A DNA stretch of 63,998 nucleotides, filler included, from Fonticula-like sp. SCN 57-25 (taxonomy: Eukaryota), in assembly GCA_001724245.1 (NCBI GenBank). It is 7 parts of 7 records of this genome, joined end to end, with 100 filler letters (N's around TTAATTAATTAA, not from the genome) between each part and the next. Parts side by side here need not be neighbours in the genome. Positions count along the whole stretch, not along the records: positions 8,630 to 17,126 come from MEDX01000300.1; positions 17,227 to 25,702 come from MEDX01000302.1; positions 25,803 to 34,248 come from MEDX01000303.1; 4 more parts are not named here. The stretch is one strand, 5' to 3'. The notes under the pieces were generated by a model, which saw only the letters and a list, made by a program, of their open reading frames with translations, made no database searches and was not told where the DNA came from. This document shows, in pieces, positions 12,013 to 26,889 of the stretch (the first letter of the stretch is position 1; each line of letters opens with the position of its first letter). A program made the translations under genes and the position numbers.

Positions 12013-13578
12013 TCAAACTGCGTCTGATCCCTTTTGAGCTGGATTTGCGATTCGCGAACCAAACTGAATCGCCCTCTTTGGCTGCGCCGCCGCCCCCTTC
12101 AAGCCCAATTCCCTTGCCACCCTCCTTAACAACCTCTTGTCGCCGTGCTCGCGCCCCGCCGCCGGGTCCGTCTTGACCGCGACCGGCAGCGATCCTAGAT
12201 ACTTTACAACGTCCTCGTCGAGGAATGGGAAGCGCGCCTCCCTGCCGTGGTCGCCGACGATGCGGTCGTCCCGCCCGAGATTGCGCGACGCGATGCGGTC
12301 AACGTCCATCTGCAGCTCGGCCTGCAGCGCAGCCCAGCCGCCGCTGTCGAAGCGCGAGCGAGCACGCGAGTAGCCGCCGAGCTGCTCGTCGGCGCCCATG
12401 CCGAGGAGAAGAACGCGCGCGGAGGTCGAGGCGGGGGCGCCAGACTGCGCGTCAACGCCGACGCCGCGCGCGGCAAACCAGATGGAGGCAGCGAGGCTAT
12501 AGTCTAGAACGGAGCCGTGCGGCGCGGCGAGCGACAGAATGTGAGACGCGTGGGCGTCCAGCTCGGCGCGCGGAATGTTTTCTAGGATAAGCCGCCAGCG
12601 GCGGTGTGGAAAGACGGCGCACAGCTCGGCGTGTGTTGATAGCGCTGTGCGGCGGTCGGGCGCGTCAAAGATGGAAGTCGACGATGCGCGGTGGTTTTCA
12701 AAGACAACATTTAAAAGGTCAATTGGCTCGGAGGGAGGGACGAAGGCGTCGGCGAACGCAGAAATAACGGCGCAGTCAAGGCCGCCAGAAAAGAGGATCG
12801 CCACACGGGCGGCGTCGGGGGTGTCGAGCGGGGCGGGCGCCGTCGACACGCGCCGGCCGACCGCCGCCTTGAGGACAGAAGCGAGGGCGACCGACGCTGA
12901 CTCGACCTCATCGTCCGAAGGTACGGCGAGGCACGCGTTAAGGCGGCCGACGGGTGCAACCAACGCATCTTTTGACTCAGAATTTACACAAATGTACGCC
13001 GGCGGTTGCCATGGGTGCTCGATGATGCGGACGGACGGCAGGGAAACGTCGACCTCAAAGAGACACGAGCCGGCGGGGACTTCACTCCAGCCGTGCGCGT
13101 TCGTCGGTATTACCGACGCGATGGCGAGCGTGTCCGCTTCGACGAGCTGAACAAGACTCCGCCGACCGAAAAAGTCGCGGCCAAAGACAAGTCGCGACCG
13201 CGGCGCGTCGTAGAACGCGAGCGCCCACTCGCCCTTGATGGCCGAGAGCGTGGCGAGCATCTCGCTGGGACACTCTGAAAGGCGCTCAAATAGCCGCGCC
13301 CCGTCATTGTCAGTGTCGCTCATAGAAAGTCCGTCGTATATTTCGCCGTTCCAGAGCAGCCAACTATTCGATCCGCTCGCGCGAATCGGCTGCGCTTGAG
13401 GATGCGATCCGCGCAGATGAAGGACGCTGCCGATCGCCAATAGGACACGCCCACCGCCGAGATCTATAGAATGGCGGCCGCTGACGTCGGGGCCGCGGCG
13501 CTGCAGGAGCGGCGCCACGTCGGCCGCCAGCGCTTCCGCGGCGCTCTCGTCGCCCAGGACAAAGGCGATCCCGCACAT
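12013..13578 (-). CDS. ASNSD1: Asparagine synthetase domain-containing protein 1
   Basis: N-terminal MCGI (Ntn), RRGPD, SVLHLRG, LWNGEIY, FGRDFFGRRSL, ILFSGGLDC, GMGADEQLGGYSR, RNLGRDDR, PKRAIQFGSRIA. Confidence 0.95.
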   Translation of the reverse strand: MCGIAFVLGDESAAEALAADVAPLLQRRGPDVSGRHSIDLGGGRVLLAIGSVLHLRGSHPQAQPIRASGSNSWLLWNGEIYDGLSMSDTDNDGARLFERLSECPSEMLATLSAIKGEWALAFYDAPRSRLVFGRDFFGRRSLVQLVEADTLAIASVIPTNAHGWSEVPAGSCLFEVDVSLPSVRIIEHPWQPPAYICVNSESKDALVAPVGRLNACLAVPSDDEVESASVALASVLKAAVGRRVSTAPAPLDTPDAARVAILFSGGLDCAVISAFADAFVPPSEPIDLLNVVFENHRASSTSIFDAPDRRTALSTHAELCAVFPHRRWRLILENIPRAELDAHASHILSLAAPHGSVLDYSLAASIWFAARGVGVDAQSGAPASTSARVLLLGMGADEQLGGYSRARSRFDSGGWAALQAELQMDVDRIASRNLGRDDRIVGDHGREARFPFLDEDVVKYLGSLPVAVKTDPAAGREHGDKRLLRRVARELGLKGAAAQPKRAIQFGSRIANPAQKGSDAV

Positions 13579-13617
13579 TGGTCCACGGTGTCAAAACGCT
13601 GACTGCACTGTCAGCAA

Positions 13618-14541
13618 ATGGCGATGCGGCGGGCTCTTTCGTCGGGGGCCGGGCGGCTCTTTGTACGCAGCGCGCTTTAACTCGCCTTATCGTGCTGCTA
13701 ATGCGCGCTCCTTTGGGCAGTCGGCGGCGGCGCATGGGACAAAGTACTCGCCGGATTTCCGCGTGACGTTCACGTCGGGCGCCAAGGAGATCTCGCCGTG
13801 GCATGATATTCCGCTCGTGTCGGCATCGGGCGCCCACCACTTTATCTGCGAAATGCCCCGCGGGTACAGCGCCTTTCCTGTCTTTTGTGTACGCTTTGTG
13901 TGCTGACACCTTGCATAGCGAGCGCGGCAAGTTTGAGATAAACACCAAGGTGCCGGGCAACCCCATCATCCAGGATGTGAAGAACGGCAAGCTGAGGTGC
14001 GTGTATTCGCCTCTCTTCTACACCATGCTAAAACCGGACGCCTGCTTGCCAGAATGATTAACTACAGCCCTGTGCTGCACAACTATGGCGCGCTGCCGCA
14101 GACCTACGAGGATCCCGAGGTGGCGCAGCCCGCGGCGGACGGCCTTTTCGGCGACGCCGACCCGCTCGATGTCGTAGACATTGGCGCGCAGGCGGCTACC
14201 ATCGGCGAGGTGTACGAAGTGCACCTGCTCGGCGCGCTTGGCCTCATTGACGAAGGCGAATGCGACTGGAAGATCATTGCGATCCGGTCATCTGATCCCC
14301 TCGCGGCCGGCCTCAAAGGTGCGACGCACACAATTGCATTTTGTACTGACCAAGTGCAGACATCGGTGACGTCCCGGCGAACGTCATCGCAGACATTCAC
14401 TCGTGGTACGAGCTGTACAAGACGGCCGACGGGAAACCGCGCAACTCGTTCATCAATGGGGGCAAGGCGTTTTCGCGCGAGCGCACGCTCGAGCTCGTGG
14501 ACGAGTGCCACCAGATGTGGAAGCGGCTGCCCAAGGCATGA
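13618..14541 (+). CDS. PPA: Family I inorganic pyrophosphatase, probably organellar, spliced
   Basis: SPWHDIPL, NPIIQDVKNGKLR, NYGALPQTYEDP, GDADPLDV, LIDEGECDWKIIAI. Arg/Ser-rich N-terminus MAMRRALSS. Confidence 0.93.
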
Positions 14542-14797
14542 GCGAGACTGTAAATATACAAAGCTTAACAGGATTCCTCCGTGACTAGTGCGTGCCCCAG
14601 TTTCAGCTCTGCGCTCGCACTGCGGTATTGCTGTTTATGTATTAGGTGACTGTACAACATGTGCTCTAGAGAGGTTGCCCATGAAGGAAAAGAGAAAAAC
14701 ACGTAGGCCGAGTGGCCACGCAACAGACGACAAGGAAAGACACGGAATAAAGAATAGAGAGGATGATGAATCCCCTCGTTCTAGCGATGCCCGTGCA

Positions 14798-15348
14798 TTA
14801 GCGCAGGTCCTCGCCCGAGAACATCTTCTGGGCGCGCTTCATGATGGCATCCTTGGACGGGTCATAGGGGAGATCCTTGGAGGGGATCTCGAGCACGGAC
14901 GGGATCGGCTTGTTGTACTTGTCGACCAAGTGGCGAATGAGCTCGGCGACCTGTAGAGCACAAGGCCGCGTGAGTGTGATTGATCCCAAGGGAGCGGGGG
15001 GCGCACATTCTGCGTCACGAGCACGACCGACACATCTTTGCGGGTGGTAAAGTCAGTAAAAGCGGCCTCGATTTGCGACAGCGGCGTTTCTATCATAAAC
15101 GCACGTTAGATACTCTACGAGCGAGGTGGGGCTGCGTACTGGACGTCACAGTCAAGAAATTGGTCTTGCGGGACGCATCGGTGTTGCCAATGCCAGCGAG
15201 CAACATGCCGGTGACAGTGTCCTAAAAGCGAAATCAAAAACATGAATAAACCGTTCCTTGACATGTCTAAAATAAATTTAGGCCATACCTCATCACCGAT
15301 GAGGGCGATTAGCGACCTCTGCTTGAGACCGCCGGCGAGCGTAGTCAT
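14798..15348 (-). CDS. ATP6V1F: V-type ATPase subunit F, spliced
   Basis: [55 protein letters not shown]. Confidence 0.95.
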
Positions 15349-15504
15349 GTTTGATGCTGTCGATACCGAGGCAAAAGGAACAAAAAACCAGGTTTGCGCC
15401 CACGTGGATGATGGAGTGCTGCGATCGGGATTGGATTCGATCGGGATCGCTGTCCGTTACGAATCGGTGTTTGCTTTTGAATTTGAACGGGGACACACGG
15501 CGGC

Positions 15505-16837
15505 ATGTCGGGGCGGCTGCTTGCGGACGACTTTGAAGACTTTGACGACTCGCAGGACCAAAAGATAAAAGCGAGGCTCAACAATGCTCTTGTAGAGGAG
15601 CTGATGGAGGGCGTGTCGGCGCGCTGCTTTGGCCTCGGATCCTTTGACGATGTGTTCATGTCGTCGGCTGCGGTACGTGGCCCACGGCTTTGCTCATCGA
15701 CTAACATGGCTCGATGCAGACGGGCAAGGCCGTCGCGCAGGACCCCGCGCAGCAACGTCGCGCCGAGGTTGAAAAGGTCCTCTATGGATATGCGGTTGTC
15801 GCGTCGTCCTCGGCGAGCGGCCCGACCGCATCGACTCGTCTCTCTGTCGACTCTGTGCGTGCACCGGCGCGCATCGCTGCGGCCGCTAACTGTTTGGTAC
15901 ATAGATGACCATTGAAGATGGGACGCTTTTCCTTGCGTCCGCCGGTCTCATGTTTCGCCCCGAACGCGGCGCGCGTGCGTTCCTGTTTCGGCCGTCGAGC
16001 CTTTCTGACTGCCGCCTGAGCGTCGCGACGAGCAGCGTGACGGCGCGCCTCGAGGGCACCTCCCTAGAGCTGCACTTTGCACTGGCGAGTTTGAGCGACG
16101 TTGACGCCGCGAGGAGAATCATGAACGACTTTGCCGCAATGGGCCGGCCGGCGGCGCCGCCGACGTTTGCCGCTTTCCAGGCACCAGTTACTGCGCCGCC
16201 GACGTTTGCCGCCTTCAAGGCGCCTCTTTCGGCGACGCCGCCGCGCGCGGCACCCGCGCCGGTGACCAATGAGAATTTGGCTGCTCTGGCAAATTGGCCG
16301 CCGAGCGAGTCGTGGAAGGAACAGCGGTCGTCGAAAGGCTCGCCTCGCCAGGGACCGCCGCCGCAGCGGTGCGCAAGTTTGTTTGGTAACTTATCGCTGA
16401 CATTGCTCTGTAGTCGGTTCATGGCGGGCTTGCCGGCGGAGGGCGACGAGCTTGACCGCGCGCTCGAAGACCCGCGTAACGCCGCCTTTCTCGGGCGCAT
16501 GCAGGCCGCGCAGAGTGAGCTGCAGCAAAAGGTGGCGGAGGCGCTCGCGCAGTACCACGCCACGCGCCAGGAGATCATGGCCGAGATGGCGGGAAAGCAA
16601 CCTTTGGTGGAAAATCAGCCTTTGGCAGAGGTAAAAGTAAATGTCGCCGTTTCGTCGGCGGAAGTGAGCACTGAATGCGGGCTGTGCTGCGCGGCCGAGG
16701 TTGATCGCGAATTTAAGCCTTGCGGGCACCAGATTTGCAGCGGGTGCGCCGGGAGGCTCGCCAACGGCGGGTCAACGTGCCCGTGGTGCAGGCAGCAAGT
16801 GTCGCTGCTTGCTGTGATTGAGACGCATTCGTACTAG
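15505..16837 (+). CDS. RING (C3HC4) E3 ligase-like protein with a possible PH-like domain, spliced
   Basis: C-terminal CGLC..PCGHQICSGC..CPWCR. Middle region GTLFLASAGLMF is beta-rich. Confidence 0.7.
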
Positions 16838-16955
16838 AATGCGTGCACTCTTATTATCGTGTATATTACTTTTTTTTGTGGTACTTTGTATTGTTGCCTA
16901 GCTTGCACTACAGGTACTTTTGATACAATGCAAAAAGGCATCAGTGAATTGACTG

Positions 16956-17126
16956 TTAAAGAACTTTCCCTCCAAAAATTAGTGCCAGGCAGTCCGTGTG
17001 CCACACTTCCTGAGCGGGCCGTCCAGACGGCGCCGCGTTGTTGAGCACCTCGTAGCGCATCTGCGCGACGCGGCCGTCAAAGAGCTCGGTAGCAAAATCG
17101 TAGATGGCGTACTCGCCCCACGACCT
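16956..17126 (-). CDS. 3' end of an unknown gene (contig edge)
   Basis: Open frame SWGEYAIYDFATELFDG...GGKVL-stop. Confidence 0.4.
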   Translation of the reverse strand, partial: RSWGEYAIYDFATELFDGRVAQMRYEVLNNAAPSGRPAQEVWHTDCLALIFGGKVL

Positions 17127-17226
17127 NNNNNNNNNNNNNNNNNNNNNNNNNNNNNNNNNNNNNNNNNNNNTTAATTAATTAANNNNNNNNNNNNNNNNNN
17201 NNNNNNNNNNNNNNNNNNNNNNNNNN
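17127..17226. other. Artificial contig spacer
   Basis: N44-TTAATTAATTAA-N44. Confidence 0.99.
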
Positions 17227-17425
17227 TTGTTTTTTTGAACAGTTTTTTGAACAGTCTTCTAACATTTGACACTCTTGACACTCTTTTTTGGCACTTTTTG
17301 ACACTTTTTTGACACTCTTTTTGTCACTTTATCTTTTGATTGACACCTTTTTATGATACTTTTCTTATCTATGACACTCTTTCTTGACACTTTTCCATCT
17401 CTTTCCCTTCCCTTCCCCTTCATAG

Positions 17426-18120
17426 ATGAATCATCTCCTCCACTTTCACCCCGACTCGCCGCCGGCACGCGCACCCGCCGCCGCGTCATCATCACCACCA
17501 CCGGCCTCCGCCTTCCCGATACTTCCATTTCTTCCCTCTCGCGCCTCCCCCACTGCGACATCCTCCCGAAATCCTCCCCCGGCACCGCCCCCTTCACGCA
17601 CCTCATCGCCAACAAAATCTCGCGCACCAAAAAATTCCTCCAGGCCGTCTGCCTCGGCGCCGCCATCGTCACCGACGCGTGGGTGGCCGCATGCGTGCGC
17701 GCGCGCGCCCTCGTCGACGAGACACCTTTTCTGCTGCGCGACGCCGAGCAGGAGCGCGACTATGGCTTTAACCTTAATGATGCATTGACGCGAGCGAGGG
17801 GGGGCAAGATGCTGGCGGGGTGGGTCGTTGCGGTCACCCCCGGTGTGCGGCCGGATGAGCCAGAGCTGGCGGAAATGGTGATGCATGCGGGGTGTGCGGT
17901 GGTGGGGTGGACGCAGTTGGGGCAGATGAGGGTGCTGCCGGTGCATTTATTGATTGTGTCATGTGAGGAGGATAGAGGAATGTGGGAGGAATTGGAAAGA
18001 GTGGCGCCAGGGAAGCATATTTTGGCTGTAAAGGCGTTGACAGTTGCACTGTTGAGACAAGAGTTAAAGTGGGACGAGTACGCAAAGTATTATATAAATT
18101 ATGTGCTAACAAATCTATAG
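17426..18120 (+). CDS. Last exon of a tandem-BRCT protein (MDC1/PAXIP1-like)
   Basis: THLIANKISRTKKFLQAV..IVTDAWV..FLLRDAEQERDYGFNL..VTPGVRP..LAEMVMHAG. Confidence 0.8.
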
Positions 18121-18362
18121 TGAGGATGTGCTTGTTAAGGGGCGCATGACGTGATGGATGACATATTTATTAGCACATTGTATCAAATTTCATTGTATTG
18201 TTCATTTTGAAGTTTATTCGAATGTCCAAATTGTCATCTAAAGGATGCTGTCCATTTCAATGTCCATTTTGTCATATTTCAATGCTCGTTCTGTCCATTC
18301 CATTTCATTGTCATTTCTTTCTATTGATGCATAAAAAAGTACAAAACAAATATACACAAATT

Positions 18363-21300
18363 TCACCTATGCTGCCGCTTTGCCGGCGGCGCATCACTCG
18401 CCTCCTCTTCCCGCGCACGCCCCGCGGCCCTCTCAACAACCCACAACTGCATCGCAGCGCCGCCATCAAGTTCACGACGATATGCTGACACACCGCGGCG
18501 GACGCGCGTCGCGTCAAACGCCGCCACGGAAGACGGCGCGTCGGCGGGCTGTGACCACGTGTCCGCGGAAACGGTCGGCAGAATTTGAAGGCAGCGAAGA
18601 ATGTCGTCGAGTGGACGTGATTGGAGGAGAGTGGGGGTGTCAACCTGCCACTCGCGTGATTGGCGGGCTGCTGCGGTGCGCTGTTCTTCGGAAAGGCCTA
18701 TGAAAGGGTCAGAAAAGATGACGTAATAGAAAAAGCGTACCGTTGGCGAGGACGGCGAGGCAGTCGCGGAGTGTTTCGCGAAGACGTGCGCGTTCATCAA
18801 TAAAGGCAAACGAAGGCCGCTGCGTAAAAGTCAGTATGCGAAAAAGCATGAGAAACAGAAAGTGATGCTAAAAGGGTACAAAATGACACTAAAATGACAC
18901 TAAAATGACACAAAAGTAACACTGAAATGACACAAAAGTAACAAAGTAACACTCAACAGCACTGAAATGACATCAAAAAGGTAATCAAATAACCAATATT
19001 TTCTCGTGCGTACCGCGAGTAGAACAAGAAGGACATCTGTCCATGCAACGACTGATTCAACTGACCGCGCCACAACAGGCAACAGCGGCACAAGCAACCT
19101 CGCCCGCACCGCCATCCCCCTCACAACACCATCAACTTTCCTCGACACTCCGCCGCCATTCGCCTCTGCCTCTGCACCAAAATAGTCTGCAAGCGACCCC
19201 AATCGACCCCCTTCAGGCGCCGCATCGCTTCCAAACACGTCGGCAGCATCGAGCTGCGCCGCCGACGCGCCTTCAGCGACACTTGTAAAATAGTCCAAAA
19301 GTGCCGACGCGAGCCACGCGCGCGCCTCGTCAGACGCAAACTGGGCAGCGGCGCACATTCCTTCAACAAGCGCTGCTTCGCAGTCACTCGACATCGTCTC
19401 TGATTGAGACGATTCATGCGCGCCGAAAAGCGATTTGGCGTGCTCGACGACGGCGTCGCAGAGGGCGGCGCGGCCGTGCGGCGGGACGCGCTCAAGCAGC
19501 TCGCGAATAACGCGACCGCCATGTGGCGCAGTGCGTCTCAATAGAGCGTCGGCGCCATTCGCAAATTCAGCGCCGATTTTTGCGCCGTCTTCTTCTTCAG
19601 CGTCGACGAACGGCAGCGTCCCCTGAAGGCGCGCCAATAGGTACACGAGCGACACAAGCTGCCGCGAAAGGTCGAGCGGGCGCAGCGCCGACATTGACGC
19701 CGACACGGCCGACGCGTCGGAGCTGCTTTCCAAAGCAGCAGCGTCAAGGCCTAGAAGGCGCGCGGCGCGGCCGGCCTCGCCAGGCGACATGGCGGCGAGC
19801 GCGGTAATGCAGCGGTCGGCGTGTGTTGAAGCGAGCGCAGCAACGCGCGGTTGGCCGACACGAACACTGTTGATAAGCCCAGTGAGCACGTCGGCGGCCC
19901 ACGTGGAAGCGCTGACAGCGAGCAGCTGTGTGTCCTCGACAGCACGGAGTAACAGTGCGACGCCGCTGGGTGCGCCAAAGATGGCCGCGTCGCGCGTCGC
20001 GAGCAGCGCAACGGCGGCTTCAGAGCCGAACCGCGCGGCAAACACGTCCAAAAGGCCGCCGCCAATGAGCGGCCCGCGGCTTTCGAGCGCCGTTTTGGGC
20101 GGCGCGCCAAGCAAAAACAGTCCGAGGATGAGCAGCGCGTCGTCGGCGTTGGCGCTCGGCTCGGCGGCGGTGCGCGCGAGTGCCGGCAACAATGCACGCC
20201 TCACAAGCTCGCCCCACGACACGAGCCGCTGTGACAGCAGCCCGAGCGTCCAACATAAAACTGCGAGAAATTGCGGCTGGTAGTCGGTCTGCAGCGCGCG
20301 TCGGATATGCTCGACGAGCGCTTCCTCAAATACGCGCGGGCTGCGAAGGCTGTGCGCGACGCCATGCAAAAAGGCGAGCTGCGTGCGCCAAATGGCCGCG
20401 TCGCCAATGCTGACATAATTGTGGCATGCGTCGACGACGGCGGCGGCGAGCTCGCCCGATGGCGACGCGCTAATCTTGTCGGCCCAAAAGGCGACGCTGT
20501 CGGGCAGCGACGCCGCGGAAAGCGACTGAATCGCGTCGGAAATGTTTGACGGGACGGCCGAAACAATAAATTTCCTCGTTATGGCGCGTTCCATGCGCGC
20601 ATCCGACAGCAACAATTGCGACGCCGACACATCAACAGGCACGCACGGCAGCCGCAGCAGCCGGTCAGCGCAGTACGACCGAAGGTACCACAGCACGTGG
20701 CCCTGATCGCGGAGGCGGCGGTACGCGCCCGTCAGCGCCGCGGCAATTTCGCGCGCAGCGTCGTCGTCGGCCAGCACGCACTCGTGCTGCTCAAGCACCG
20801 CCACGAGGCAGTCAAATGTCGACGCCAGTTCAGCGACGGCCGCGACGGCAGAAACAACGGGCGCCACGTGGTGCACCATTTCCATGGCGAGCAGCAGCGA
20901 CAGCGCGTCAAACACACACTGCGACGCGGCGGGGTCGCCAAGGTAGACGGCGCGGTCCGACGTAGCGCGGCGAGCGGCGGCGACGCATTCCGCGGCGAGT
21001 GAGACGCGCAGCGGCGCAGGAAGAACTGAAACACATCGGCGCATTTCGGCCGTCACGCACGAAAAAGCGTCTCTTTTCATGTCTTCATCGGCCTTTTCTT
21101 CAATTTCTGCTTCATCAACAAACCAGAGCGGATATGCGCGTGCAAGCGTTCGCTGAACATCGCCAACAACCGCGGCTTCGCTCGCCATCTGCGCCTCAAA
21201 TTCCGTCCCCCGAAAGAGCGACCTCCTCATTGTGAGCAGGTCGGCGGGCGGCGGCGACGGCAGCGCAAGCCCGTGCAGCACGCGCAGCGACCGCGCCGCC

Positions 21301-23701
21301 GCCGCCGCATCCGCCTCTGGGTCCAAATCGCCGCGCGACACCAATCGGCGCACATACGCCTCATGCTCAAACAGGCCGACATCGACGAGGTGCGAAGCGA
21401 GCAGCAGCGCCGCGTCAGACGGCGAAGCACCAACATCCAATGGGAGCGCGTCCATGAACGCGACAATCCCTTCCTGAAGCACGTGGCGCTGCGCCGCCGT
21501 CCTGAACACGCGGCGAAGGTGCGCGCAGCACAAAAGTCGCGACGAAACATCGCCGCGGCGGACGGCCCAGTCGAGCATCACGCGCAGCACCGACGCCAGG
21601 GCAGCGTCAGAAAGTGTCGGTGAAAGTCGGCCTGGCTCTTGCGCAGTCGCAGCGTCGAGGCGGAACGGCAAAAGAAAAAGGTCATCGTCGAGGCGGCGCT
21701 CGGCGAGGCCAAATGAAGTGTCGGAAAAGGCGTCGGCGCGGACGAGCAGCGCAGAGACCGACGCTGAAAGTCGCAAAGGCGGAAATACCGACGAGGCAGA
21801 CGCGCAGTCAGAGGAAAGCCACTCGGAAAGGTGCGACTGTGATTCGGCGGGAAGGTCGACGGCGGCGTCGGGTGATTCGAGAATGATGAACTGGACGAGC
21901 TGGTTGAGAATGTCAAACTGGACGCGGTGAAGGCTGGGGCCGTCCATGACTTCATTAGGGGGAGAGGAAGGGGAGGAAGAGGGGTGAACGCGGTGGTAGA
22001 CGGAAAGTCGAAGCTTTGACAGTCGCGCGAGGCACGTCTCAAGCAACATCCTGTGAAAATGTGTCAGAAAACTGGCGAAAACGAGGGAGAAACACATGGA
22101 ACTCAATAGAAAATGTACAAAAAACACTCAGAAAATAACGAAATGCACATACTTCACTAATCATTTCCACATTTTCGTACCTGCAAAAAACGCGCATCTT
22201 TACAATTTCGCCCAACAGCGGCAACAAAATCGACATAAACAACACGACATGCTCCGACGGCGCCCTCTTAAAAAACTTTACCGCCCACTCCACCAGCGCC
22301 TTCATATCCAGCAGCCCCTCTGCCGCCTGCCAGCAGACCAACCTCACCGTGTACATCCACCTGCTTCGCCGCTCCTTTGCCGTCGACTGCGCCTCCACAT
22401 TGGCCGCACCGCCCGCCGACGCCGCCACAGGCGCGCCAACACCACGTGGCGTCGACTCGGCCAGCTGCTTTTCGAGAAACTTTGTCAGCAGACCGGTCCA
22501 GTAGGTCGGGTAGTCGGCCGACGTGCGGCTCTGCATCTCGTCGAGGCCGACCATGCGCGCGAACCAGCTCGCGCGCAGCATTGGGACTTGGCGGCGCGCG
22601 AGAACTTCGATAAGGGAAAGGTCTTTGAAGCCGTGCGGGACAGTCTTGGCGAGCTTGGGGAGCGGCTCGACGCCGCCGGCGAGGTCGTTGATCCAGGCGT
22701 CGCGGCGGTCGAGGCTAAGAATGGTGCGGGTTGGGGGTGGGCGCGGCTTGGATGGCGGCACTTTTCGGTGCTAGAGTAGTGGAAATGTTAGCAAAAGGAA
22801 ATATGGCGGGCAAGGAATGCAGATGGGAAGCAAGATATCGAGCCAGAAACGAGATGCAGATAGGCACAAAAGATCATATATACATGTCACTAATACGCAA
22901 TAACATCATTCTACACATACAACAACATGCAAATGTGTACCAAGCTACACAACACAGTTACATGCAAGATATCCCTAATACACGCAATCACATCAACGCT
23001 GATATTAAAGATGCGCGTACGAGTGCGTTTTCGTCTGCGACGCGATTAATAAAGTCCCCTAACCGCTTCCTGATGCGCTGCCCGGCGTCTGTGCGGATAT
23101 GCTCACGCATGCGCTCCGATGCCGATGCCGTCTCCTGCTCGACGGCGACGCTGCTCTGGAACCCGCTCGTCACCATGGCGCGCGACAGCATGTCCTCGGC
23201 CTGATCCGCCTTTTGCGGGAAAAAGTCGCCAAAGCCAAACGTCTCAAGCTTGTGGACCTGCTTGCCGGACGGCGGCAGCAGCTCGTACTTGCGCGGCGCA
23301 GTGCCCGGCGGCGCGGTCGATGTCGTGATGGTCGTCGGCGCGGGAATCGCGGCGATCCCGCCATAGTACGCCGGCGAGAGCGATGATGGCGTCGCGGCGT
23401 TCCCCGTCAGCGGAATATTCATCGAAGGGACCGTCGCGACGCTCGATATCGAGCGGCCCGACGGCACCATGGCGACCGGCGTCAGACTATTGCCGCCGCG
23501 GCCGCCGCTCTGCACGACAGGAGAATGCGTGCCCGTGGGGCGCGCAGGCATGTGCGCGCCGTATCCCATCCGGTTAATAGGAACGGACGGAACCATAGGG
23601 ACTGTAGAGTACGGCTCGGCGCCCGGAAACATCGGCTGACCCGCGCCTGGCGGGCCCGCCATCTGATGGTTCCACTCGGGTTGTCGCCGCATCGCCCACA
23701 A
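18363..23701 (-). CDS. MED12: Mediator kinase module subunit 12, spliced
   Basis: DFFPQKADQAEDML..GF; Med12 domain RRDAWINDLA..PLPKLAKTVPHG..RQVPMLRASWF; GLFEHEAYVRRLVSRG. Confidence 0.88.
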
Positions 23702-24036
23702 ACAGCCACTCGTGAATCTGCCCTGGAATCGGGGGTGCTAGCAGGTGATTGACGATTGATTGGTGGTCGACGGCGGCAAGGTGGACCACAATTGAATGCA
23801 CATAAATAACTATTACTCTATCCACAAGAATACATGCATTTATATTACTCTTTACATATACGTTAATGATACAGGTGATAAGGGACTAGAAGCTCTATTG
23901 TTTCAATTTTTGTGTCATTTATGGTATCAGTCCTTGTTCTTCGTTCGTCTTTGCGAGTCTGTACTTTCTTCCTGCATAAACATTCTTTTTCTTTCCAAAA
24001 TACATTCGCCAATTCTATAATAAAAATACACATTAT

Positions 24037-25702
<1,666 letters not shown>

Positions 25703-25802
25703 NNNNNNNNNNNNNNNNNNNNNNNNNNNNNNNNNNNNNNNNNNNNTTAATTAATTAANNNNNNNNNNNNNNNNNNNNNNNNNNNNNNNNNNNNNNNNNN
25801 NN
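25703..25802. other. Artificial contig spacer
   Basis: N44-TTAATTAATTAA-N44. Confidence 0.99.
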
Positions 25803-26305
25803 GCCTCCTTGGTGGCATAGTCGCCGCTCGAGATGAGCTCATGCGCGATATCATCCCGTAGCCTTACCGCAAGAGCGTCATGTCGCTCCGTACGCTGGCC
25901 TGCAGGAAGCATTGGATGAGCAAAGATGCATAGGCGACGGCAGATTACGCACGCTTGAATTCGGCCTCCTTTGGCTTGAAGCGCTCGTGCATGAGCGGGT
26001 CATACACGCGCCGCTCTGTAATATGCTTCACCACGTCCTCCTTTGTCTCGGGGTACGGCATGGGCGCGTCCTCAAACATGGGCAGCTTCTCGCTCGTCTA
26101 GCGCACGCGGCGTAAAGTTAGCGTCAACCTGCCGATCAGCCGTCATGGCACGCACCACGTCCGGCTTGAGCGTGACGAATGGCGACATGAACAATGAGCG
26201 GCCATTCTCCTTGACGTAGAGGACAGCGCACGCCACCGCCACGCCTCCCGCAAACTTTGGCCACGACCAGCCGCGCGTCCACGCGAGCATCGACTGCGCG
26301 TTCAT
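25803..26305 (-). CDS. Hypothetical single-TM protein, spliced, truncated
   Basis: MNAQSMLAW..GVAVACAVLYV, then GT-AG introns and the exon TSEKLPMFEDAPMPYPETKED. Confidence 0.45.
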
Positions 26306-26889
26306 AAGGCCGCCCGCGTCCCACAATTACAACGCGCCAAAAATGACACGACTTGCAGCGTCAAGGTCGTGTGGTCGCTTCTCTGCGATTGCCCCTTCCA
26401 TTCACAGAGAGCACACGGTAATCCACGTGGCCACTCGGTGGGCTTCGACGGCGCGTGCGCGTTTTGCCTGCGCGCCGGCGCGGTGCTGTTGCGTTTGGAA
26501 CATTTCCGCCTTCTTTGGGAGGCGGCGGTGCCTTGGGGGGTTGTAGAGCAACTATTGAGCGCTCATAGTACTGGTCGCGCGCCATTTCTTCTGTCGGCGG
26601 CCTGTCTCCAGCATGCACAACATTCCATTTTCGAAACACATTGCCAGAGTCGATACTTTTATTGTGCAATGCCACTAGTGGCATATTATAGGAAACTACA
26701 CTACGTCGGAGGCCGGCAAGTTGATGCATAAACGAAAATCAGCAAGATGATGCATAATATCCACACATATGGATGAAAGTAAAAAGCGCATTGAAGAGGA
26801 TAAATGTGCGGTACTGTGGTAGCGATACACGATAGTGTACATGAGTAATTCAGTAAGAACTTCGTGGAGAGCAAAGGTAGCAAAGTGCG

